Below, in pieces: positions 5,713 through 14,365 of a stretch of 26,529 bases of DNA. The notes below the pieces were generated by a model, which searched no databases, was not told where the DNA came from, and saw only the letters and a list, made by a program, of their open reading frames with translations. The stretch spans positions 1-26,529 of the forward strand of contig CAZPNG010000154.1 in the NCBI GenBank assembly GCA_964587845.1. Reading direction: 5' to 3'. The position numbers were made by a program, and so were the translations under genes. Source of the DNA: an uncultured bacterium (lineage in GTDB: Bacteria; Omnitrophota; Omnitrophia; Omnitrophales; CAZPNG01). How positions within the stretch are numbered: position 1 is the first letter of the stretch; every line of letters starts with the position of its first letter.

Positions 5713-8160
5713 ATGAGTACTTATCAACCGCAGGCGATTGAGCGCAAGTGGCAGGAGCGCTGGGAGCGCGACGGGCTTTTCCGCGTGGATGTCCGCTCAG
5801 GCGAGCGCAAGTTTTACTGCTTGGTGATGTTTCCATATCCTTCCGCCGCCCTGCATGTGGGCCACGGCCGCAATTACATCCTCGGAGACGCTCTCAGCCG
5901 CTACAAACTCATGCGCGGGTTCACCGTGCTCAGCCCCATGGGCTTCGACGCCTTCGGCCTCCCGGCTGAGAATGCCGCCATCAAGAACGGCATTCACCCC
6001 AAGGTTTCCACGCTCTCGAACATCACCAACATGGAGCGCCAGCTTCGCGACTGGGGCTGTGGGTATGACTGGTCGCGCAAAGTGATTTCCTGCCTTCCGG
6101 ACTATTACAAGTGGACCCAGTGGATTTTCCTGAAGCTCTTCGAGAAGGGGCTGGCATACCGCAAAGCGGCGGATGTGAACTGGTGCCCGTCCTGCCAGAC
6201 GTCGCTCGCCAACGAGCAGGTGGTCGACGGGGCCTGCGAGCGCTGCGAGACGCCGGTCACCATCAAGCCGCTGGAGCAATGGTTCTTCAAAATCACGGCC
6301 TACGCGGACCGGCTGCTCGAGGATCTCAAGCTGCTCGAGAACTGGCCCGAGCGCGTGCGCGTGATGCAGAAGAATTGGATCGGGCGCAGCGAAGGCGTGG
6401 AGATCGATTTCCAGCTCGCGGGGGGCGGAGCGCCGCTTTGCTGTTACACCACCCGCCCCGACACGCTCTTCGGCGCCACCTACATGGTGATTTCACCCGA
6501 GCACCCCCGGCTGCCGGAGTTGATCAAGGGCGTCAAAGAGGAGGGCGCGGTGCGCTCATTCGTCGAGCGCGTGAAGGCGGTCGAGGTCAGAACGCGCATG
6601 CTCACCTCGTTTGAAAAAGAGGGCGTTTTCACGGGCTGCTACGTCGTCAATCCAATGACAAAGGAGAAGATTCCCCTGTGGGTGGCCAACTACGTCCTCA
6701 TGGATTACGGCACGGGCGTGGTCATGGCGGTCCCCACGCATGATCAGCGGGACTTCGAGTTTGCCGCCAAGTACGGCTTGCCCATGCGCGTGGTGATCGA
6801 CCGGCCCGGCGGGCGCCTCGATGCTAAGACCCTGAAAGCGGCTTATGAGGAGCCCGGCGTGATGCGGGAGTCCGGCGAGTTCACCGGCATGACGAGTGAG
6901 AAGGCCTGGCAGGGGATCGCGGACCGCATCGAGCGCGAACGCATCGGCACGCGTAGAGTGCGCTACCGGCTCAAGGACTGGCTCATCTCGCGGCAGCGCT
7001 ACTGGGGCGCGCCCATTCCCATCATTCATTGCAAGGCCTGCGGCGCCGTTCCGGTCGAGGAAAAAGATCTGCCCGTGCTTTTGCCGGAAGATGTGCAGTT
7101 CATGCCGACGGGGGAGTCGCCGCTCACGCGTCACCCTTCCTTCATCCGTGCGAAGTGCCCGAAATGCGGCCTGTCCGCGCGCCGCGATGCCGACACGATG
7201 GACACCTTCGTGGACTCGAGTTGGTATTTTCTGCGCTACATCACGCCGCAGGATGACCGGCAGGCCTTTGACCGCAAGCTTTGCGACCGGTGGCTGCCCG
7301 TGGACCAGTACATCGGCGGCGTCGAGCATGCGATCTTGCACCTTCTGTACTCGAGGTTCATCAACAAGGTTTTTTACGATCTCGGCCTCGTGGGGTTTGC
7401 GGAGCCCTTCGCCCGCTTGTTCACCCAGGGGATGATCGTCAAAGACGGCGCGAAGATGAGCAAGTCGAAAGGAAACGTGGTGAGCCCCGATGCGTTGATC
7501 GAACGCTACGGCGCCGACACCCTGCGCCTCTACATCTTATTCATGGGCCCGCCCGAGAAGGATGTCGAGTGGTCGGATGCGGGCGTCGAAGGCGCGTACC
7601 GGTTTTTGCACCGCTTGTGGCGCTTGGCCACGGGCCTGCAAGACTGGCAGGCGGCGGGTGATGCGAGCGCCACTGAGCTGCGCCACCGCCTCCATGAAAC
7701 CATCAAGAAAGTGACGGACGACCTCGAGGGAGCGTTTCATTTCAACACGGCGGTCAGCCGCGTCATGGAGCTCGTGAACGTTTGCTACCAGTTCACGCCC
7801 AAGACGGACGCCGAGCGTGCCCTGCTTCGCCAGGCCGCGGAGGCGTGCGCGCTGCTCCTGGCCCCCTTTGTGCCCCATGTCTGCGAGGAGCTGTGGACGC
7901 AGCTTGGGCACACCCGGAGCGTTTTCCGCGAGGCGTGGCCGGGCTACGATCCGGCTGCGCTGCTGTTGTCCGAAGTGGAGATCCCTGTTCAAGTCAACGG
8001 CCGCTTGCGCTCGCGCGTCGTGGTGCCCTCTGAGATCACGGAGGATGAGCTGCGCTCCAAGGTCCTTGAGGACCCCAAGGTCCGCACCTGGACCGACGGC
8101 AAGAAGGTCCAGCGCTTCGTGATCGTCCCCAAAAAACTCGTCAATCTTATCGTCTCTTGA
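5713..8160 (+). CDS. leuS: Leucine--tRNA ligase
   Basis: MFPYPS..LHVGH (HIGH motif), editing domain YTTRPDTLFGATY and GTGVVMAVPTHDQRD, DWLISRQRYWG, QYIGGVEHAILHLLY, KMSKSKGN, and C-terminal PVQVNGRLR. Confidence 0.99.
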   Translation: MSTYQPQAIERKWQERWERDGLFRVDVRSGERKFYCLVMFPYPSAALHVGHGRNYILGDALSRYKLMRGFTVLSPMGFDAFGLPAENAAIKNGIHPKVSTLSNITNMERQLRDWGCGYDWSRKVISCLPDYYKWTQWIFLKLFEKGLAYRKAADVNWCPSCQTSLANEQVVDGACERCETPVTIKPLEQWFFKITAYADRLLEDLKLLENWPERVRVMQKNWIGRSEGVEIDFQLAGGGAPLCCYTTRPDTLFGATYMVISPEHPRLPELIKGVKEEGAVRSFVERVKAVEVRTRMLTSFEKEGVFTGCYVVNPMTKEKIPLWVANYVLMDYGTGVVMAVPTHDQRDFEFAAKYGLPMRVVIDRPGGRLDAKTLKAAYEEPGVMRESGEFTGMTSEKAWQGIADRIERERIGTRRVRYRLKDWLISRQRYWGAPIPIIHCKACGAVPVEEKDLPVLLPEDVQFMPTGESPLTRHPSFIRAKCPKCGLSARRDADTMDTFVDSSWYFLRYITPQDDRQAFDRKLCDRWLPVDQYIGGVEHAILHLLYSRFINKVFYDLGLVGFAEPFARLFTQGMIVKDGAKMSKSKGNVVSPDALIERYGADTLRLYILFMGPPEKDVEWSDAGVEGAYRFLHRLWRLATGLQDWQAAGDASATELRHRLHETIKKVTDDLEGAFHFNTAVSRVMELVNVCYQFTPKTDAERALLRQAAEACALLLAPFVPHVCEELWTQLGHTRSVFREAWPGYDPAALLLSEVEIPVQVNGRLRSRVVVPSEITEDELRSKVLEDPKVRTWTDGKKVQRFVIVPKKLVNLIVS

Positions 8161-10202
8161 TGAGAAGGGTTGTCGTTCGAGGCCGGAGACTGTGGGTCGG
8201 TCGCCAGGCGGTGCCGCTTTTGGCGGGGGAGATCCATTACTGGCGGCTCTCGCCCGACGCGTGGAGCGATGCGCTCGATGCGGCGCGCTCAATCGGCGTG
8301 CGCATCATTTCGACCTACGTCTGTTGGGACTTCCACGAGGCGCGCCGCGGCAGCTTCGACTTCCGGGGCCGCACCTCACCGCAACGCAATCTCGTCCGCT
8401 TCTTAGAGCTCACCCGCAAGAAGGGGTTTTGGGTTTTCATCCGGCCCGGGCCCTACATTTACAGCGAGTGGCCGCGGGACGGTGTTCCCGCCTACGCTCA
8501 CGCCTATCACCGGCTGCATCCCCGTTTCCTCAAGTCCGCCGAGACCTACCTCAGAGCCGTCATGGCTGTCCTGCGGCCCTACCAGGCCGTGAACCCGCGC
8601 GGCCACGTCGTGATGCTGCAGGCGGACAATGAGATCGATTGCCAGCCCGACCTCTTTGGGCACCAATTCGGATTAGGCAGCCAGCCGGGCCTCTTTCAGT
8701 CTTTCCTTCGCGACAAATATGCGGGAGATATCGACGCTCTGAACGCAGCGTGGGGAACTGACCTCCGGCGTTTCCAAGACGCCCGGCCCTTCGCGCGCAC
8801 GATGGGGACGGTGGCGGAAGGTGTCCCATCGAGCTACCCGCTCGAAGGCGAGCGGGAGCTCGTGCGCAACCTGGACTATTTCGCGTTCAAGCACGAGTAT
8901 GCGAAGCAGTACGCTTCGTGGGCCGTCACGACGTTCCGAAAGCTGGGCGCGCGCGTGCCGATCGTCTTGAATCTCTATCCTTTTCACTACGCCCAGGACT
9001 GGCAGGCTCTGCAGGGGACCTGCGATCTCGCGGGCCTGGACCTCTACCCCTCGCATGAGTTTTGCGAAGACCCTTACGATCACCGCAAGTTTCTGGACAA
9101 GATCCGCCTGCTCGGCACCGTGGCCCCGCTCGCGTTTTTGCCTGAGTTTGCGGCGGGAACCTGGCATGGCCAGCATTACCGCGCGGGCGTGCAGTTGCCA
9201 AACCACTACCGGCTTTCGGCCCTGAGCGCGCTGGCCGCCGGGGCGCACGGCTGGAACTGGTACATGCTCGTCAACCGCGACAACTGGTACATGGCGCCCG
9301 TGAACGAGCGGGGAAGAGTCCATGAGGAGCTCGCGCAGGTGTTCCGGGAAACGGCGAAGATTTTTTTGGCGCTCGATCCGCCGCGCCTCACACGCCTCAC
9401 CGACGTGGGGGTGGTCGCCGACACGATGCACCGAGCTGCGCGCGCCATGCGCCAGGAAGGCTCCGCGGCGCAGGCGCTCTACGACGCGGACATCGACTAC
9501 GACGCCTTCAACCCGGCGAGCGGCCGGTTCGCCAAAAGGATCTTGTTTTACAACGGCGCCCAATGGATGGATCGGCGCTCCCAGGAGCGGCTATTGTCCT
9601 ACGTGCGCGCGGGTGGGATTTTGGTGGCCTTCCAGGATTTTCCCAGGAAGGACGAGCGCATGCGGCCATGCCACACGGTGGGATTCGCGGAGCCGGCGGG
9701 CCACCTCTTCGAGTTTCGCCGCCCCTTTGAGTTCTCGCTCGCTCAAGGATCAGCTGTAGCTGCCTGCGGGTCGGTTTACGTCTTTTCGAACCCTCCCGGG
9801 CGGCCGATCCGGGCGCGCTTTCCAGGCCACGGAGTTCAAACGATCGGCTACGAAAGGCGGGTGGGCGCGGGCCGACTGCTGCACCTGGGGGTGGAGGCGA
9901 GCGGGCCGATCGTCTCGCAGATCCTGGCGCATTACCGCATCCCGGTTTATGCCCAGGCGCTGGGACGGTCCGTCAAGACCGCGCTCTTCCGGGCTGGGCG
10001 CCGCCGCTATTTAATCGCCCTCAATCTGGGGGAGTCCGACACCCTCGCAGCCGTCCGCCTGCCGGAGATGCCGCGCGCCCAAAAAAGGTATCGTCTCCGC
10101 GATCTTGCTTCTGGTAGAATAACGCCTGTCCCGCGCGCGGGAGAAGGTCCCGTGTGCTTCGAGTTGCCCCGGAAAGACGGCATCGCCTTCGAGATTAGCT
10201 AA
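8160..10202 (+). CDS. Beta-galactosidase-like glycoside hydrolase (GH35/GH42-type TIM barrel plus C-terminal domains)
   Basis: GEIHYWR..ISTYVCWDFHE..G.FDF..FIRPGPYIYSEW is the GH35 N-terminal signature. Putative acid/base LQADNEI and nucleophile PEFAAG. The ATG at 8160 overlaps the leuS stop (TGATG). No signal peptide is evident. Confidence 0.85.
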   Translation: MRRVVVRGRRLWVGRQAVPLLAGEIHYWRLSPDAWSDALDAARSIGVRIISTYVCWDFHEARRGSFDFRGRTSPQRNLVRFLELTRKKGFWVFIRPGPYIYSEWPRDGVPAYAHAYHRLHPRFLKSAETYLRAVMAVLRPYQAVNPRGHVVMLQADNEIDCQPDLFGHQFGLGSQPGLFQSFLRDKYAGDIDALNAAWGTDLRRFQDARPFARTMGTVAEGVPSSYPLEGERELVRNLDYFAFKHEYAKQYASWAVTTFRKLGARVPIVLNLYPFHYAQDWQALQGTCDLAGLDLYPSHEFCEDPYDHRKFLDKIRLLGTVAPLAFLPEFAAGTWHGQHYRAGVQLPNHYRLSALSALAAGAHGWNWYMLVNRDNWYMAPVNERGRVHEELAQVFRETAKIFLALDPPRLTRLTDVGVVADTMHRAARAMRQEGSAAQALYDADIDYDAFNPASGRFAKRILFYNGAQWMDRRSQERLLSYVRAGGILVAFQDFPRKDERMRPCHTVGFAEPAGHLFEFRRPFEFSLAQGSAVAACGSVYVFSNPPGRPIRARFPGHGVQTIGYERRVGAGRLLHLGVEASGPIVSQILAHYRIPVYAQALGRSVKTALFRAGRRRYLIALNLGESDTLAAVRLPEMPRAQKRYRLRDLASGRITPVPRAGEGPVCFELPRKDGIAFEIS

Positions 10203-10204
10203 AA

Positions 10205-11029
10205 ATGTACAGAGATTTCTTCGGTTTCTCCGAGTATCCGTTCAACATCACCCCCGACCCGAAATTCTTCTATCCCACGGCGCAGCATGAGGATGCCCTC
10301 TCGAGCTTGATGTACGGCATCGAGTACCGCAAGGGCTTTCTGGTGTTGACCGGCGAGATCGGCAGCGGCAAGACCACGCTCCCGCGCTCGCTCCTGGAGC
10401 GCACTCGCGAGTCGGTCACCAGTTCCCTGGTCCTGAATCCGTTGCTCTCCGACGGGCAGCTTCTCGAGGCGGTGGTGGACGATTTCGGGATTCAGTTCAC
10501 GCGGGCCAAGACCCGCAAGCGCTGCTTCGACGCCCTCAACCACTTCCTGATTGAGGAAAACCAGAGGGGCCGCACGTGCGTGCTCATCATCGATGAAGCG
10601 CAGAATCTCAAGCCCAAGACCCTGGAAGCCGTCCGCCTGCTCTCGAACCTTGAGACCGTGAAGGAGAAACTGCTGCAGATTCTGCTGGTCGGCCAGCCCG
10701 AGCTCGAGGCGCTGCTCAACCTTCCTTCCCTTGCGCAATTCAGGCAGCGTATCACCGTGCGCTGCCATCTGAAGGGCTTGACGGAACAGGAGGTTGGGGA
10801 CTACCTCGAGTACCGCCTGCGCGTGGCGGGCGCGCCGCACAAGGTGCAGTTCGGGCAGTTTGCCGTCCACGAGGCCTACGAGTTCTCCAAGGGCATTCCG
10901 CGGCTCATCAATCTTTTCGCCGACAAGTGCCTCCTGGCGGCCTTCGTCAAGGGCACGCAGCGGATCGGCCCCGAGGTCACTGAGGAAGCCCGCGCCGAAC
11001 TCGGCTCTTTCGCGCTGGCGCCCGCCTAA
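10205..11029 (+). CDS. ExeA/GspA-type AAA+ ATPase without a peptidoglycan-binding C-terminus
   Basis: MYRDFFGFSEYPFNITPDPKFFY, Walker A GEIGSGKTT, Walker B IIDEAQNL, LVGQPEL, QRITVRCHL, GIPRLINL. Confidence 0.9.
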   Translation: MYRDFFGFSEYPFNITPDPKFFYPTAQHEDALSSLMYGIEYRKGFLVLTGEIGSGKTTLPRSLLERTRESVTSSLVLNPLLSDGQLLEAVVDDFGIQFTRAKTRKRCFDALNHFLIEENQRGRTCVLIIDEAQNLKPKTLEAVRLLSNLETVKEKLLQILLVGQPELEALLNLPSLAQFRQRITVRCHLKGLTEQEVGDYLEYRLRVAGAPHKVQFGQFAVHEAYEFSKGIPRLINLFADKCLLAAFVKGTQRIGPEVTEEARAELGSFALAPA

Positions 11030-11038
11030 GAAGGACCC

Positions 11039-11617
11039 ATGAGTCTGATTAACGAAGCCCTCAAGAAACTCAACAGCGAGAAACCGAAGGCCCCCGGGGC
11101 CGCTCTACTCCCGGCCGAGGCGCCACAGGCGGCCTTTGAGGCGTGGCGCCGGGTTTCTCCGCCTCGCGCCGTGCGCCGGCGGCCTTTGCGAGGGTGGCTT
11201 CTCATCGGGGCGCTCGCGCTCATCGCGGGCGGCGCCCTGTTGGGCCTGCAGGGGACAGGCGCGCGAGTGATTTTGTTTGCAGGGCCGGCGGCTTTCACGG
11301 CCACCTTCAATGAGGTGTTGCCGCCGGGAGGCCTCGATCCCGCCGCCACAGCCGTGCTTCCTCAGGGACAGATGAAACTTTGGGGTCAGGTGCCTGCCGG
11401 TGTTTTCGCGAAGTCGAAAAGCGTGGAAACCCGCCCCGCCCCATCCGCCTTCCGATTGAGCGGAACGGTGGCCGGAACGCAGACGCGCGCGGCGCTTGTC
11501 AACGACCGATGGGTGGAGGTCGGCGACTCGATTGACGGGGCGCGCGTGCAGGAGATTCTCGCGGGCGAAGTGGTTTTGAACCGCCAGGGGCGCGAGATCC
11601 GCCTTGAGGTGGCGTAA
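11039..11617 (+). CDS. ExeB/GspB-like single-pass membrane protein
   Basis: N-terminal MSLINEALKK, a TM segment (WLLIGALALIAGGALLGL) and the C-terminal domain FRLSGTV..AALVNDRWVEVGDSIDGARVQEI..VVL. It lies directly after the ExeA-like ATPase. Confidence 0.7.
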   Translation: MSLINEALKKLNSEKPKAPGAALLPAEAPQAAFEAWRRVSPPRAVRRRPLRGWLLIGALALIAGGALLGLQGTGARVILFAGPAAFTATFNEVLPPGGLDPAATAVLPQGQMKLWGQVPAGVFAKSKSVETRPAPSAFRLSGTVAGTQTRAALVNDRWVEVGDSIDGARVQEILAGEVVLNRQGREIRLEVA

Positions 11618-11631
11618 GCCCGGGTTTCGGC

Positions 11632-11733
11632 ATGAACTTTTACCGCCGCCGCGAGCGGCTGATGTGGACTTTTCTCGCGGCCGTCGTTGTTTTTCTCGCG
11701 CTTCAACGGTTCATCACCCAGCTTAGCGGCTGA
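11632..11733 (+). CDS. Small single-pass membrane protein (33 aa), absent from the ORF track
   Basis: ATG..TGA reads MNFYRRRERLMWTFLAAVVVFLALQRFITQLSG: a basic N-terminus followed by a hydrophobic stretch. It fills the gap between the exeB-like gene and comEC in the same orientation. No clear SD. Confidence 0.5.
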   Translation: MNFYRRRERLMWTFLAAVVVFLALQRFITQLSG

Positions 11734-11790
11734 GTTTTTTCCTTATCCGCCCTTCTCACCCCCTCCGATAAGGATTTTCCAGGAGGACGG

Positions 11791-14274
11791 GTGTCGCGGC
11801 GTTTTCCATTTCTTCATTTTTTCCTCTTCCTGACGGCGGGAATCCTCATCCAGCCCGTTGCTTTCCGGTCCTGGCCGGGTGTTGGAATCTGTGCGGCCGG
11901 GGCCGGGCTTTGCGCAACGGCCGTCCTGGCCTGCGAGCTGCTACCCGGTCTTCTCAAGGTGAGAGCGAACGCGTGGTGGCGCGCCCGCGGGTTCGCGGCC
12001 CTTTTGGGTTTTGCGATTTTTTTCTCCGGGGTCGTTTCGAGCTACTGCTTTTTTTCCGAGACGGCGGGCTGCGCGCTATCAGTCGGTCCCGCCGAGATCG
12101 AGGGCGACATTGCGGGGCCGGTGGAGGTCGTTCGCCGCGGCCGGCAGCGCCGTGTCGCCTTTGAGCTGGAAACGCTTGCCGGGGGGCCGGCGCCCCCACC
12201 TCCGGTCTCTCGACCTTCGGGGACTTGCCAGCCGACCCGCTTTCAGCGGGTGCCCCGGCTGCCGGCGCGAGCGCGCGTGCAATGCTTTCTCGTCAACCCA
12301 CCGGGGTCTCTGCGCTCCGCGGACCGCGTTCGCCTGGCCGGGCGCCTGGAGGATCCGCCCGGCGCGCGCAATCCGGGCGAGTTTGATTACGCGGCGTTCC
12401 TGCGCTCGCAAGGAATTCGATATGTGTTCCGGGGAGTCGGGACCCGGAGCGTGCTGGGAGGGGTGCGCCGCCGGCCGGCCTCGCTCGCCGCCTGGTTTTA
12501 CCGAATGCGGGGAATGCTCTCCACCCGTCTGGCGCGCGCCATGCGCCCTCCGGAGGGGGACCTGGTAGCCGCCCTCTGCCTCGGCGAGCGGCGCGGCCTG
12601 TCACCGGAACTCACGGCCGATTTCGTGCGCACGGGCCTCGTGCACGTGATCGCCGTGAGCGGTTTCAACGTGTGGCTCCTCGCCGGCGGCCTATGGGGCG
12701 CGCTCAAGCTTTGCGCCGTCCCGCCCCGCATGGCCGTGGCGGCCTGCCTGGCCACGGTGGGCGGATACGTGTTTTTGTCCGGCGCGCCCGTGACCGTGGT
12801 GCGGGCGGCGTGGATGGCCGCCGGCGCGTTTCTCGCGGTTCTCCTGCGGGAGCCGGCCGCGTCGCTCAATTTCCTGTTTTTTGCAAGCTTTCTCATTTTG
12901 TTCGCCGACCCCGGCGCCCTGGCCTTGCCGTCGTTTCAACTTTCCTTTGCCTCTTCGCTCGCGCTGCTCACGCTGGCGCCCCGTCTAGACATGGGCTCCG
13001 GCAGCGGACGGCCGCGAAGCCGCAAGCGCGCGGCGAGAAGCTGGAGAGCCGCGCGCTGGCTCGCCCGGCAAGTTTTCTCCTCCCTCAGTGTGAGCGCAGC
13101 CGTCTTGATCGGCGCGGGGCCCGTGAGCGCCTGGCACTTCCATGCGCTCTCGCTCGTGTCCGTTTTGGCCAACCTCCTCGTGCTGCCGTTGTTTGTGCTG
13201 GCCATGTGGTGCGCGCTGCCCGGCCTTGTGAGTTTGGTGGCCTGGCCGCCGGCGGCATCCGTGTTTCTCGAGGGCGCCCGGGTGCTTCTCGGCGGCGCTG
13301 TGGCGTTGAACGGTTATCTGGCACGGCTGCCCGGGTTCTTTCCGGTGCCGAAGGCCGCGTGGGGGTGGCTGGCGCTCGGATGCGCTTTCCTCGGGGCCTA
13401 TGCTCTGGCGGGCCGGGCGGGGGCCCTCCGGGCCCTTTGGCCCGTAGGGCCGGGGGCAGGCAGGATTTCCCGGCTGCCTCGCCCTGCCTATCTCGCCGGG
13501 GCGGCGCTCGCCGTACTCGGGGGGCTTGTTTTCTCGGCCGCCGCTCGCGAGCAACCCTTCTCGTTCACGGTCCTCGCTGCGCGGCAAGGATTTGTCGCCC
13601 TGGCTCGCATGCCGGGCCGGGCCCCCGTGTTGTTCAACACGGGCGGCGGCCGGTCGGGCCGCGGCGTCTTTTGGCTCACGCTTCCCTATTTGCGCTCCCA
13701 GGGCGTTCGGCGCTTGAGCGGCTTGGTCTTGCATTCCCTTTCTGCCGCCGACGCGGGCGGCCTTGCGGTGCTGGGCCGGCAGGTAGAGGTGGGTAGGGTC
13801 TTCGTGCCTGCGAAGGACGCAAAACGCGCGGCCGCCGTGGACCCTTCCGTCGGACGGAGGATGAGCGTTTATCGCCTCCGCGAGTCGCTGCAGCTTGAAC
13901 CCGGGACAGGAGTCGCGCAGCGCGTAGCGCCTTTTGCATGGATGTTCTCCGGCCGGTCCGTCAGGATCGCTGTGCTCATGTCTGCTCGAGCTTCCGGCGC
14001 CCTCGGCCTGCGAAATCAAGGGGGCTGTTTCGATGCGGTCGTCTTGGCTGCCGGCTCAAGCGGCGAACGCAAGGGTCCGTGGGCGTCCTACGCGAAGCGG
14101 TGCCCCGAAACGGTCATGGTCACCGCCGACAAGAAGGGGGATGGCGGCTTTCTTCGAGGGCTCGGGTTAAGGAGTTTCGCGACATCGGCGTGCGGTATGG
14201 TTCGGCTCATCGAGTCGCCGGCCGGGCAGGTTGCGGTCGAAACCTTTCTCCCCTGTTCCTCGCTGCACGTTTGA
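11791..14274 (+). CDS. comEC: ComEC/Rec2 DNA-uptake membrane protein with a degenerate beta-lactamase-fold C-terminus and a 25-aa insert
   Basis: SD AGGAGG before GTG. N-terminal TMs, OB-fold region (LAGRLEDPPGARNPGEFDYAAFLRSQGI), competence domain (ALCLGER..TGLVHVIAVSGFNV..VVRAAWM..PSFQLSF) and a C-terminal MBL-like region. Confidence 0.9.
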   Translation: MSRRFPFLHFFLFLTAGILIQPVAFRSWPGVGICAAGAGLCATAVLACELLPGLLKVRANAWWRARGFAALLGFAIFFSGVVSSYCFFSETAGCALSVGPAEIEGDIAGPVEVVRRGRQRRVAFELETLAGGPAPPPPVSRPSGTCQPTRFQRVPRLPARARVQCFLVNPPGSLRSADRVRLAGRLEDPPGARNPGEFDYAAFLRSQGIRYVFRGVGTRSVLGGVRRRPASLAAWFYRMRGMLSTRLARAMRPPEGDLVAALCLGERRGLSPELTADFVRTGLVHVIAVSGFNVWLLAGGLWGALKLCAVPPRMAVAACLATVGGYVFLSGAPVTVVRAAWMAAGAFLAVLLREPAASLNFLFFASFLILFADPGALALPSFQLSFASSLALLTLAPRLDMGSGSGRPRSRKRAARSWRAARWLARQVFSSLSVSAAVLIGAGPVSAWHFHALSLVSVLANLLVLPLFVLAMWCALPGLVSLVAWPPAASVFLEGARVLLGGAVALNGYLARLPGFFPVPKAAWGWLALGCAFLGAYALAGRAGALRALWPVGPGAGRISRLPRPAYLAGAALAVLGGLVFSAAAREQPFSFTVLAARQGFVALARMPGRAPVLFNTGGGRSGRGVFWLTLPYLRSQGVRRLSGLVLHSLSAADAGGLAVLGRQVEVGRVFVPAKDAKRAAAVDPSVGRRMSVYRLRESLQLEPGTGVAQRVAPFAWMFSGRSVRIAVLMSARASGALGLRNQGGCFDAVVLAAGSSGERKGPWASYAKRCPETVMVTADKKGDGGFLRGLGLRSFATSACGMVRLIESPAGQVAVETFLPCSSLHV
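12188..12268 (-). mobile_element. 75-bp palindromic element plus 6-bp direct repeat, in-frame within comEC (copy 1)
   Basis: CGGCGC at 12188-12193 and 12263-12268, exactly 75 nt apart. 12188-12269 is the reverse complement of 21265-21346 at 81/82 positions. It encodes [23 protein letters not shown] within ComEC. Confidence 0.85.
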
Positions 14275-14300
14275 CAGGGGGGGAGGCCCTGTGCTATCAT
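14271..14300 (+). promoter_or_regulatory. sigma70 promoter for the bamD-like/lptE/holA unit
   Basis: TTGACA (14271-14276), 18-nt spacer, TGc extended -10, TATCAT (14295-14300). It overlaps the comEC stop codon. Confidence 0.7.
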
Positions 14301-14365
14301 GCCCAAAATGTCGTATCCCTCGGTGAAATCTCCGCTTAGACTATCTGGGAAGTGAGGCCAAGGCT

